DNA of 46,164 bases from contig JBIKWF010000024.1 in the NCBI GenBank assembly GCA_044356455.1, positions 1 through 46,164 on the forward strand. The letters are read 5' to 3'. A program made the translations under genes and the position numbers. This DNA is from Bdellovibrionota bacterium (GTDB taxonomy: Bacteria; Bdellovibrionota_C; UBA2361; JBGSMV01). Shown here in pieces: positions 17,736 through 26,756 of the stretch. Numbering within the stretch: the stretch's first letter is position 1; each line of letters begins with the position of its first letter. The notes below the pieces were generated by a model. It did not search any database and was not told the origin of the DNA. It worked only from the letters and a program-made list of their open reading frames with translations.

Positions 17736-20159
17736 TTATTTCGTTTCCCACGAATACTGGGCTCGAATCTGATTCGAGGTGCGGTCGATTTTTCCAAGTT
17801 GCTTCAGCGCTCGCTCCTCATCCAGCTTAACAAAATCCTCTTCTTTGAGGGAGAACAGCGTAAGTCTTGGATTATGAAACCCGTAAGTGCCGCGAGGCGC
17901 CGTGATTTGAGTAACGATGGGAACGCGGTCAAATACTTGTCTCATATGCTCGGCGTACATAGGGGCAGCAAGCGGTTGGGTGTAATAGCGATCGTAGAAG
18001 AGACTTGAGAGCACGAGGTAATCGTAGCCACTCTTGCGCAGACTATCCGCGCCAAGCTGCTCGAGAATGTGCGCCCGAGGGATATGAGTAATCTGGAACT
18101 CATTACCAAAGAATCGCGGTGCATATGGCTTCCAATCAAGATACACCTTGCTGCCTGGAGGAAGATTTTCCTTCATCCAGCGCGCCATTTGGTCTCGGGT
18201 ATCATCAGAAACCTCCTGCGCAAGACCAATCGTTCTCTGAGCGGGGAATGCCACAATCACAAGAAAAGCGAGAGGCGCAACTATTCGTGCGGGAGTATTT
18301 CTTAGGAGGCGAATACACTCAGCAGCGCCAAGCGCGAGAAATGGAAGACAAGGATAAATATATCTCTCTGGCTGAGGCTCAGGCTTTGCCTTCACCCACT
18401 CTGCAGGTAGGTAGAAGAGCAGGACAAGCCCAACGATGAAAAGGTCTTCTATACGCCTACGCCAGAGAAGCATTCCTACTCCTGCCATCGCAGCGATAGT
18501 CGCTGGCATGGACATGCCGGGAATGACACTTCTCCAGAAATGGTACATCCAGAACTGAGACCAGGCATCAATTGGTATCGTATGCCCTCGCATCATGTGG
18601 TTACTTTCAGACCCAAAGTCCTTGGCAAAAGTTGCGTTGTTAAGAATGGCGTAAGGGGTGCACGCAAGAAAACCAAGGGGGGCAAAGCAAAGGGCAAGCG
18701 CCGTTGGAGCGATATAGGAGCGCTCGGGAATGAAAGAACGAGAGCGCAACCAAGGGGCCGAAGCTACAATGAGAGCTGCGAGCATCCCCGAGTACTTGCT
18801 TGAAGCCGAAACGCCCGCAAGAAAGCCCGCCGCCATGAGCCAGCCCTTTTTGTCTTCTTGCACCGCTTTGATGACAACGACCACGGTTGCGAGCACCATG
18901 CAGGTAAGTAGTGCATCTTCTTTCATGTAGCGACTGCAGGTGACGTGCAGAGGAAACACTGCCAGCAACATGGCACCCATGATGCCCGTAGCAGGGGAAA
19001 AGAGCCTCTTGCCAATATAATAGACGAAAAGAACGGAGAGTGTTCCTGCGGCGGCGCTTACTATTCTTCCCGCAAGAAATGCCGTTGTCCGAAAATCCCC
19101 GGGAATATCAAAGATTGATTGAATCGGAATTCCTAGCCAATGGAATACCGAGTTGAGGAAATAGGTGAGGTATAAAAGCAGCGAAGGATGCAGGAAATAC
19201 TGCGGGTCCAAGTTCCCATTCTGCACCATTCTCATGATGGCGTTTACCTTGGGAACTTCATCCGGATGATAATTCGCAGGAAGCCCAAAGCTAATTCCAT
19301 AGAGACGAAGCGCCGCAGCAAACAGGACCACAACGGCAACTGCGAGAGTTAAGAACAAAGGAGACGGACTCCCCTTCTCTGTGGAGCCGGCGCCTACGCC
19401 AAGAACTCCGCTTCCGGGAACGTCGCCAAGGTGCTTTCCTGAAAGACCTGAAACAATAAGTGCGCCCGCTGAAACGGAGAAAAAGAGCAGCCAAAGTCCA
19501 AAAAGCTTGATCAGTTCAAGATTATCCGCTCTCGATAGAAGGAGCATGCTGCAAAGCGGCACGAGCCAAAACGGGACTGCACGCAAGGGCCGAAGCGCAG
19601 GAGACTTGCCAAAAACGGCTCCCATCATAAGGGCCAGCGCAAAAATCAGAACTGCAGCTTGGCCCCACGTCGCGAGATCAACAAAGGGCACATAGAGGGG
19701 AGAACGAATCTGGAGCGACTGGAGTTTGGCTCCTAACTTACGTTGGTCGCGATTGGAAGGAACAAACGGATTCACGACCTGAAATTCAATGAGCCGGGGC
19801 TCACACGTCCCCTTGAGCCAAAACTCTTGAACGGTCGATTGAGGCGTAACGAGAAAGGTGGAGACAGGCTTTCCGCAGACTTTAACAGCAATCTCGGCGG
19901 GAGGATTTCCGGGCGGCCGCCAAGGATCAAGGGTAAGGCGGGCACGATTTCCGATGGGGGCAAGATTTTCGAGGCGAACTTCAGCTCCATCCTGAATCCA
20001 GCCGTCTCCCGCAATCCCCTTGAACTGACCAAAGCTACTGCGAGGTGTCAAAAAACCCTCGAACGAGAGTCCAAGCCCCACGAATGCAGCAAGCAGTGAG
20101 AACAGCGCAGAGAGCCACAAGGTGCGCTTGGTAGATGAGTTAGTAGTAAAGAACATCAT
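17736..20159 (-). CDS. ArnT/PMT-like (GT-C fold) membrane glycosyltransferase with N-terminal extracytoplasmic domain
   Basis: ALRLYGISFGLP..YHPDE, HPSLLLY, GRIVSAAAGTLSV, SRYMKED, ASSKYSG, ERYIYPCLPFL, and many TM helices. Confidence 0.85.
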   Translation of the reverse strand: MMFFTTNSSTKRTLWLSALFSLLAAFVGLGLSFEGFLTPRSSFGQFKGIAGDGWIQDGAEVRLENLAPIGNRARLTLDPWRPPGNPPAEIAVKVCGKPVSTFLVTPQSTVQEFWLKGTCEPRLIEFQVVNPFVPSNRDQRKLGAKLQSLQIRSPLYVPFVDLATWGQAAVLIFALALMMGAVFGKSPALRPLRAVPFWLVPLCSMLLLSRADNLELIKLFGLWLLFFSVSAGALIVSGLSGKHLGDVPGSGVLGVGAGSTEKGSPSPLFLTLAVAVVVLFAAALRLYGISFGLPANYHPDEVPKVNAIMRMVQNGNLDPQYFLHPSLLLYLTYFLNSVFHWLGIPIQSIFDIPGDFRTTAFLAGRIVSAAAGTLSVLFVYYIGKRLFSPATGIMGAMLLAVFPLHVTCSRYMKEDALLTCMVLATVVVVIKAVQEDKKGWLMAAGFLAGVSASSKYSGMLAALIVASAPWLRSRSFIPERSYIAPTALALCFAPLGFLACTPYAILNNATFAKDFGSESNHMMRGHTIPIDAWSQFWMYHFWRSVIPGMSMPATIAAMAGVGMLLWRRRIEDLFIVGLVLLFYLPAEWVKAKPEPQPERYIYPCLPFLALGAAECIRLLRNTPARIVAPLAFLVIVAFPAQRTIGLAQEVSDDTRDQMARWMKENLPPGSKVYLDWKPYAPRFFGNEFQITHIPRAHILEQLGADSLRKSGYDYLVLSSLFYDRYYTQPLAAPMYAEHMRQVFDRVPIVTQITAPRGTYGFHNPRLTLFSLKEEDFVKLDEERALKQLGKIDRTSNQIRAQYSWETK

Positions 20160-22161
20160 AGGTACCCATACCTTCTACAGTAACGTGGTTCTTCGCAACC
20201 TGATTCTCAAGCCTAGGAGTTCCTAACTCCTGAGGCTGAAGTTGGTTCTGTGTAAGAAGCCACGCCTTAAGCTTCTTCACATCAACGAGCGCGGCAAAAT
20301 CATCCCGAAACGGCATAGCGGGAAATCTTTCCAAATCTACGGTGCGAGGAAGCTTGCGGAACGCAAATTCATCAACTGGCCTTGACGTAAGCTCAGTCAC
20401 GAGCGAGTCAAATGGTTTAAAATATTTGGCAGACTTCAAGGCTTCTGGATAAAACTTTCGCCGATCGAAGACAAAATAATCGACTCCCGCTGGCTCAAGA
20501 AGCTGGACAAGCTCCTCTAAGGTACGCGCGTAATGCGCCCTTAAGGTTACCTCAATGCGAGGCTTAACAGCCGCATAATACTTGTCGTAAAAAGGATGCG
20601 CAGTCTCTGTCGTGATGTAAGCGCTACGCTTTCCAAAGAGCATCATGCCATCTATGAGCGTGGGCTCTCCGGCAAGCAAGGCATCAACTGGGGTATGCTC
20701 AGCAACCCACTCAAAAACCCCTCCCTTCTTGTGCACTGCGTAATTGAAATTGGCCGAACCCTGCAGACCAGAACCAGAACCAATACCAATGAGCGCGCCA
20801 AGTAACACTAATAAGGCAAGACTCTGCCATGGCAACGCGCGATTATTTCTTACTAGGTCTCCACCAGCAAAAGATTGGCGCATGCCTGCTAAAAGCTCCC
20901 CCGCACGCCAGACCGCAATCGTCAATCCAACGACAAAGAACATCGCAAAAGGAAATTGCAAGTGCCTGTTGGGCACATAGAGCTTAAAGGCAAGTTCGCG
21001 GGAGAGAAAATAAACACCTGCTGCCGATATCAAGAAGCACACCATCGCACTAGGGAAAACAGCAGATTTTTTCCTCCATCCCAATATCGCAAGAGCAAGG
21101 CACAAGGTTACAACTACTTCTGGCATCCAGGCCCTCACAAATGGGCCTGGGTTATAGAAACGCGCGATAAAGGCTTGAAATGCGAATATGTTCATCTCCC
21201 AAGAAACGGACTGCAGGGGGTAGAAAGGAAACCGACCATCTGGGGTTGAGAATTCCGGCATTTGGGCAGCCACCTCATAGCTCGCCATCGTGCCTATCTC
21301 AGGAGGCATGCGAACGACGAGCCATGCCACGAGAGCAAAAAGCGGACTTAGCCCAATGAAGGTAAAGAGAGGACGGCGGAATGCCTCTCTGCTTTCTCTT
21401 CTCGCAAAATGATACAGCAGATGCAGGCCATAGGCTACCGCGATCACAAAAGTTGCAGGCGGATGAAGAAAGCACCCAATCAAAATGGTGACGAGCACTC
21501 CGCGGTGGTTCCCTTTGAGAACAAAATAAAAGAAGGCAGCAAAAAGCGGCGCAGCCCAGCCGCGTGGCAGACCTGAAGTAAGGCGCTGAACAACATGGCG
21601 AGTGTGGAGCATCCAAACGGCCGCAAAGCACGCGGGAATGAAGCCTGCCGCCGCTCTTACGGCCGCAAATACAAAACCCACCGTCAGGCCAAGCTGTATA
21701 AGCATGCCCCAATGACCACTCATGATCGGGTCTTTGGTAGCCAGCGTCAGAAGCCAATTCAAACCGTAATGAAGCGGAGTAAGGTACTGCTCCATCATGA
21801 AAGTTATTAGGTCGCTCTTAAATAGGGCCGGATCGAGCGCCTTATAAAAAGGATATACCTGCTGGAGCGCATCATCCGTGGTCCACTCCGGATTAAACCA
21901 CCACTCATCTACACTGCGCCAAAAAAGGAAGGCGTAAACCAAGAGACCGAGAAAAGAAAACGCTTCAATTATGCCCTTTGCACGCGGCCCCAAAGAGCCC
22001 AAAGGAGTACCGACGCGCAAAGACGACCGCGGGCGCGGCAATGGGGGCGCACCGTCACTTAAACCAGCACCCAATGAACCAGCAGCAAGATCGCCTTCAC
22101 GTGGCTTGAGCGACTCGGGAGCAGCCCCCGAAGTAACAGCTAAGTTCTCGAACTTCCTCAT
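20140..22161 (-). CDS. Polytopic membrane protein, probable GT-C-fold transferase
   Basis: Acidic TTDD motif after the first TM, GLPRGWA, FLHPP, YVPNRH, about 10 TMs plus a soluble C-domain. Overlaps the downstream GT-C gene by 20 nt. The ORF is secure; the function is inferred. Confidence 0.6.
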   Translation of the reverse strand: MRKFENLAVTSGAAPESLKPREGDLAAGSLGAGLSDGAPPLPRPRSSLRVGTPLGSLGPRAKGIIEAFSFLGLLVYAFLFWRSVDEWWFNPEWTTDDALQQVYPFYKALDPALFKSDLITFMMEQYLTPLHYGLNWLLTLATKDPIMSGHWGMLIQLGLTVGFVFAAVRAAAGFIPACFAAVWMLHTRHVVQRLTSGLPRGWAAPLFAAFFYFVLKGNHRGVLVTILIGCFLHPPATFVIAVAYGLHLLYHFARRESREAFRRPLFTFIGLSPLFALVAWLVVRMPPEIGTMASYEVAAQMPEFSTPDGRFPFYPLQSVSWEMNIFAFQAFIARFYNPGPFVRAWMPEVVVTLCLALAILGWRKKSAVFPSAMVCFLISAAGVYFLSRELAFKLYVPNRHLQFPFAMFFVVGLTIAVWRAGELLAGMRQSFAGGDLVRNNRALPWQSLALLVLLGALIGIGSGSGLQGSANFNYAVHKKGGVFEWVAEHTPVDALLAGEPTLIDGMMLFGKRSAYITTETAHPFYDKYYAAVKPRIEVTLRAHYARTLEELVQLLEPAGVDYFVFDRRKFYPEALKSAKYFKPFDSLVTELTSRPVDEFAFRKLPRTVDLERFPAMPFRDDFAALVDVKKLKAWLLTQNQLQPQELGTPRLENQVAKNHVTVEGMGTYDVLYY

Positions 22162-22405
22162 AAGCTGGATGGATATACTTTGCTTTCAAACACCGAGTCA
22201 AAGAGCGGGGCTCCACTGCTCAGGTACCCTCTTTAGGCCCGCTCCCCACCGCACAAAAACATTTGGCGGCACATATAGTGGTCGGAGCGGTCCAAGGGAG
22301 ACGCGCCTCGCACTTCCCTTGAATCGCCGCCCGTCCCTACATCATCTGGATAAGATAGGTATGTAACTGGGGTCCAACCCTACAGGTTTTTGGGGAGTTA
22401 GAAAA

Positions 22406-22621
22406 ATGGATACGCTTCAGAGACTCATGGATATTGCGAGCCGCCTCGAGCACTTAGAGTCAGCGGCCGAATGGATTGCACGCGAAACAGTGCACGCCGA
22501 TAGCGGTATTTCTCAAACTGGCACCATGATCACGGTCCTCGCCGACAATGTACGCGAGAAAATTTATGCCTTGGTCAAAGAACTTGAAAACAAGTCAGAC
22601 ATAGATAGCCGATATCATTGA
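22406..22621 (+). CDS. Small helical hypothetical protein
   Basis: GGGGAG RBS, ATG start, 71 aa of amphipathic helical composition, no competing ORF. Confidence 0.75.
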   Translation: MDTLQRLMDIASRLEHLESAAEWIARETVHADSGISQTGTMITVLADNVREKIYALVKELENKSDIDSRYH

Positions 22622-22813
22622 TTTTTCTCGCTCCCCCTCCTTCTAGGGCGTAGTCTTAAGCCAGACTGCAGGGGGATTGCGAGCACCCGCCTCGAAAGCC
22701 AATACCAGCTTGGCTACTTCAGCCTAAGAAATTCAACTAGTTAAAAATAGAGAGAAGCATTCTCCCCTTGTCCGCTGATTCCCCTATGGTACGTTCCCCG
22801 GGGAGTTTTCGGG

Positions 22814-23293
22814 ATGTCATTGCCTGCAACAAAAATCGCAGTAGAAGAAGTGTGCGCCGCGCCTGGCCTAAGCCACGTGGCCACTCGCCCAAATCTGGCG
22901 CTACTCCCTGGTGGGAAGAGAAATCTCAGTCCTGAAGTAAGCCCCGAAACATCGCTCAATCCTCGAAAAGCAGCCATTGAACCGGGCGTGATCTTGCTCG
23001 CGCTAACCCTTAGTATTCTTCAAATTGGCGACCTTTCTCTCACTTTGATTGGGATTTCCCACTTTGGGCCAGAAGCCGAAGGCAACCCTCTGCTGCGCTG
23101 GCTGATGAGCGCTATGGGCGAAACCTCCGCGCTTGTGCTCACCAAAATTCTCGCGATTGCTATCATCGTCTTTCTCGCTTCCCTTGCAAAACGGGTGGCG
23201 TGGATACCCTCTGCCATGAAGGCGCTTGTGGTGGTCTATGTTCTTGGCGCCATTATTCCCTGGTCGGCAATCTTGATTTTGCACCTCGTTTAA
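22814..23293 (+). CDS. DUF5658-like membrane protein
   Basis: LQIGDLSLTLIGI...EAEGNPLLRWLM...LTKI pattern (D..T...E.NP) with three TMs. Confidence 0.7.
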   Translation: MSLPATKIAVEEVCAAPGLSHVATRPNLALLPGGKRNLSPEVSPETSLNPRKAAIEPGVILLALTLSILQIGDLSLTLIGISHFGPEAEGNPLLRWLMSAMGETSALVLTKILAIAIIVFLASLAKRVAWIPSAMKALVVVYVLGAIIPWSAILILHLV

Positions 23294-23329
23294 CATTTGG
23301 CCTGCAGGGCAATTCGCCTGCCGGACAAT

Positions 23330-23503
23330 TAGGGAACCTCTGAAAAACTCCCCCTCCGCGTACTCAGCGTCCCCGGCGCAGCCGTAAGGCGTAGACGGCT
23401 CCGCGTTACTTGAAAACCGTTGAATAACGCGGAGCACGCAGAGTACGCGGAGGAAGAACAGGACAGAAGAAGCTCGATTTCAAGGTTTTTCAGAGGTTCC
23501 TTA
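23330..23503. repeat. Family A element, CGCGGAG hairpin variant with nested insert
   Basis: tagggaacctctgaaaaac...gtttttcagaggttcctta with arms ctccgcgtactcagcgt[insert]gctccgcgtta / taacgcggagcacgcagagtacgcggag. Confidence 0.88.
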
Positions 23504-23669
23504 GCCTGCCGGGCAATTTAGCAATAGTATCCATACCTTCAGACACTTAAAGGCGTCGCCCTGGCCCTGCCTCTCTGCGCTCCGCTCAGAAGGAGCACTG
23601 GCGAACTTTTATTTGATTCCCGAGCTCTCAGCTTGTTAACTCCCTCTGCAAGTGCTTACTATCCCAGCC

Positions 23670-24263
23670 ATGAGAATTACTCGTTGGGGCGAATACGGAA
23701 TCCTTTGCTGCTTGTATCTTGCAATTAGCGAGCGGAAGGCGGGCCAGGCTGGAGTAACGAAAACTGCCCCGGGCACAGCTTCTCCATCAAATGGGATGGC
23801 CTCGCCTGGGACAGCAGTTGGAGCATCTGAAATTGCCGAGAATCAGGGAATACCAACCCAATACGCTCAGCAGATTCTTCACCGGTTGCGAAAAGGTGGC
23901 GTAATTAAAAGCGTTCGCGGACCCAAGGGCGGGTTCCTGCTCGCGAAACCTGCAAGCGAAATTAGTTTGCATCACATTTTGACCGCAGCTGAAGGCCATA
24001 CGTTTGAGCTGATCTGCGAAAGCGATCCCGTGCACGAACAGTCTTGTGTACACGCGGAAGCCTGCGGACTAAGAACAATTTGGGAAGAACTACAGGGAAC
24101 GATAAATACTTTCCTCTCGAACCGTTCTCTTGCCTCGATACTTGAAATTCATCCGACCATTATTGGGAACCTAGGAGGCGGTCTTGTAGATGGCCCCCAT
24201 AGGAAACCGGCTGCGGCGGCGCCTGCCCCCTCATCCGCTCAAGGCATAGGTGGCGAAAAATAA
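23670..24263 (+). CDS. Rrf2-family transcriptional regulator (three-Cys, Fe-S type)
   Basis: MRITRWGEYG, EIAENQGIPTQYAQQILHRLRKGGVIKSVRGPKGGFLLAKP, C-x9-C-x5-C. Confidence 0.92.
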   Translation: MRITRWGEYGILCCLYLAISERKAGQAGVTKTAPGTASPSNGMASPGTAVGASEIAENQGIPTQYAQQILHRLRKGGVIKSVRGPKGGFLLAKPASEISLHHILTAAEGHTFELICESDPVHEQSCVHAEACGLRTIWEELQGTINTFLSNRSLASILEIHPTIIGNLGGGLVDGPHRKPAAAAPAPSSAQGIGGEK

Positions 24264-24275
24264 CGCCGAGCCATG

Positions 24276-24422
24276 GGTAGGGCGCGCGGTCCCTCGCGTG
24301 CCGAATCAAATGCCGCGGTATATTCATGCACGGTTGCTATTTCGCATCAGTGACGTGGACAAACACATGCCACGTGCAAGGTCGAAAGATCTCTCGGCAC
24401 CGGAGGGATCCGGCGCCCTACC
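24276..24422. repeat. Inverted pair of GTAG-type REPs (REPIN-like)
   Basis: ggtagggcgcgcggtccctcgcgtgccg (24276-24303) and the reverse complement of ggtagggcgccggatccctccggtgccg (24395-24422), between convergent genes. Confidence 0.8.
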
Positions 24423-24437
24423 AGATTTATGTATCTC

Positions 24438-24968
24438 CTACTCCGCCGCAGGAGCGCTTGGTGTCTTGGGAGCCGCGGATTTCTGCTCAAAACGATAAGA
24501 AAAGAGAATTGGCTCCACGCCTCGCACCACCTCTATCATCGCTTCGCGTTCATTTCTGAGCATGCGCACAAACTGCTTAAAGACAATTGAGTTCCTGAGA
24601 TAGCGCTCATTCGCCGCGACGAGAATGTCTGCATTTCGAAGACCAAGAACTCCGTACACGCTCTTGGGGTGCACATCAAAAAGTCGATACAAAGGAACGC
24701 TCCCCGCCTCTTGGCTTGAAAAGGTCTGCACCACCCGAAGTTTATCCGTGAGCACATCTTGTTCGAGAGCCGTAAGCAGCTGGTCGCGCGAGATCATCAT
24801 CTCGACGCGCTTGATATCTGGCGGGGTGAGACGCTGGACGGGACTGACGGTGCCCTCGTCCCCTCCACGGCGCGAACCGGCGCAACCAAATGAGAAAAGA
24901 GCGCAGAACAGGAGCACGAAGACCTTATGCAGACTTGGACTTACCCTATCGCTGTGTTGCATTCTCAT
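24438..24968 (-). CDS. Lipoprotein with a GspC-type PDZ-like domain
   Basis: Lipobox-like FSFGC; YRLFDVHPKSVYGVLGLRNADILVAANE...IEVVRG resembles the PDZ domain of T2SS GspC. Confidence 0.6.
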   Translation of the reverse strand: MRMQHSDRVSPSLHKVFVLLFCALFSFGCAGSRRGGDEGTVSPVQRLTPPDIKRVEMMISRDQLLTALEQDVLTDKLRVVQTFSSQEAGSVPLYRLFDVHPKSVYGVLGLRNADILVAANERYLRNSIVFKQFVRMLRNEREAMIEVVRGVEPILFSYRFEQKSAAPKTPSAPAAE

Positions 24969-25062
24969 ATATTTCTCTCAACCTACCGGCATTACTGCGC
25001 TATCGATTATTCGACGGGCGATTCCTGAGCTGTCGAAGCCTCGCATTTCCTCATCAGAAATA

Positions 25063-25731
25063 TCAGGAAGCCCCGCACACTCCCTCAACTAGCTTCCGCG
25101 TAAAACGCTGGAATCTTTTTCTCTCGGCATCAAGCACGCCCCGAGTTGCCACTACCGCATCGGAAAGCGTCTCGTTGACCACCAGGTACTCGTGAGCATC
25201 TTGGGCCTGGTAGAGCTCAAGAATTCGCGCGTACTCCGTGCGAGCAGTAGCAAGGCGAGCTTCAAGCTCACCTTCCGCAAGTCCACCGCGTCCAACAATC
25301 CTCTCACGCAGCACCTCGGGCGAAGGCGGAAGCACAAATACGATAACGACATCGCGCGGATAACTGCGCCTAAGATTCAAGGCTCCCCGAATATCGATAT
25401 CAAGCACAAGGTCATTCCCATGGCTCACTGCTTGATCAAGGGTCTCTCGGAGTGTCCCGTAGAGATTTCCGTGCACCTGCTCCCATTCAAAAAAGAGCCC
25501 TTCTGCAACACGTTTTTCGAACTCTTGTTTCGAAACGAAATGATAGCTTCCCCCAGGTGTCTCCCCATCACGCATCTTTCGGGAGGTGACGGAAACGGAC
25601 TTTTGAAGACGGCCCGAACTCTCAGCAATCAGAGCCTTTGCAATTGAAGTTTTCCCTCCGCCGGCAGGACCAACGAGGCAAAGCAGAATGCCTGAACGTT
25701 CCGCGGTATTTGCACTCTGAGAGCCTGCCAT
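25063..25731 (-). CDS. gmk: Guanylate kinase
   Basis: GPAGGGKTS, SVSVTSRKMRDGE, YHFVS, EWEQVHGNLYGT, LDIDIRGA, FVLPPS. Confidence 0.96.
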   Translation of the reverse strand: MAGSQSANTAERSGILLCLVGPAGGGKTSIAKALIAESSGRLQKSVSVTSRKMRDGETPGGSYHFVSKQEFEKRVAEGLFFEWEQVHGNLYGTLRETLDQAVSHGNDLVLDIDIRGALNLRRSYPRDVVIVFVLPPSPEVLRERIVGRGGLAEGELEARLATARTEYARILELYQAQDAHEYLVVNETLSDAVVATRGVLDAERKRFQRFTRKLVEGVCGAS

Positions 25732-25747
25732 ACAACCTTCTACTACC

Positions 25748-26746
25748 TTAGGCGATATTTTGTACCTGCTCGCGAATCTTCTCTATCTCCATCTTGGCTT
25801 CAAGCATGGTGCGCTGAAGCCCATTATCCTGAGCCTTGGAGCCAATGGTATTAAACTCGCGGTGAATTTCCTGAAGAAGAAAATCAAATCTCTTCCCGGA
25901 GGGCTCGTCCTTAAGGGCAGCTCGAAATTGTCCAAGGTGGCTGCCTAGGCGCACAATCTCTTCGGTAATATCTGAGCGATCAGCTGCAACCGCGACCTCC
26001 GTTGCTACACGCGCCTCGTCGAGAACAATTTCAGGGCTAAGTTTCTTAATGCGCTCAATCATCTTGGCGCGTAGCACGGCGTGCACCTCTCCCGCGCGAC
26101 TTTCAATGGACGCTCTCAGCCGCTCAAGATTTGCAAGTCGCATTTCAAGATCCGAACGCAGATGAGCGCCTTCCTTCTCCTGCATGGCTTGTACTTGTTG
26201 CAATGCAGCACGAAGCGTCTGGGTGAGCAGATCACGTTCGCCCTCAATACTGGTAAGCTCCTCTGGAACATCAAGGATGTCTTGACGCCGGAACAGGTCA
26301 CTGACAAGCCGCGCGCGCAGTTCAGTTTCTTGGATTTGTGAAAGTCCTTGAAAGAGGCCGAGATTCTGGAATGCTTCGACTTGAAGTCGATACAAACTCG
26401 TGAGCAGCTCGGAATTGAGAACGACGCGAGGAGCGTTCTGTTTTTGAGAGGTGGAAGGGGTCTCCGAGGGCGCCGCATCAAAGGAGCGAGACACAAAGAC
26501 ATCCACTCGTCCGCGCTGCAGAAAAGACTGCACAAGCGTTCGAACTTCACCTTCAAAAGAAGAAAGCACTCTCGGAAGTTTGTAATTTAAATCGAGGAAG
26601 CGGTGGTTAACGGTCTTTACTTCAACCTCAATTGCCACCCCTGCTCGCGCGACACGCGCATGGCCAAAGCCCGTCATGCTGCGAAGCGCCGTGGTGATTC
26701 CCCCTGCCGCACGCTTCTCTTCTGAATTTGGGATGCTCTTTGTCAT
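25748..26746 (-). CDS. yicC: YicC/YloC-family endoribonuclease
   Basis: LRSMTGFG, KTVNHRFLD, RGRVD, DITEEIVRLGSH, GKRFDFLLQEIHREFNTIGSK, EKIREQVQNI; upstream of gmk. Confidence 0.95.
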   Translation of the reverse strand: MTKSIPNSEEKRAAGGITTALRSMTGFGHARVARAGVAIEVEVKTVNHRFLDLNYKLPRVLSSFEGEVRTLVQSFLQRGRVDVFVSRSFDAAPSETPSTSQKQNAPRVVLNSELLTSLYRLQVEAFQNLGLFQGLSQIQETELRARLVSDLFRRQDILDVPEELTSIEGERDLLTQTLRAALQQVQAMQEKEGAHLRSDLEMRLANLERLRASIESRAGEVHAVLRAKMIERIKKLSPEIVLDEARVATEVAVAADRSDITEEIVRLGSHLGQFRAALKDEPSGKRFDFLLQEIHREFNTIGSKAQDNGLQRTMLEAKMEIEKIREQVQNIA

Positions 26747-26756
26747 TACGAACCCA

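Noticed and set aside
22622..22740. Short hairpins after the 71-aa gene as a riboswitch, tRNA or terminator
   Set aside because: No cloverleaf, known aptamer core or U-tract is visible.
24438..24968. Type II secretion system locus
   Set aside because: Only a lone PDZ-like lipoprotein; no other gsp genes in the window.
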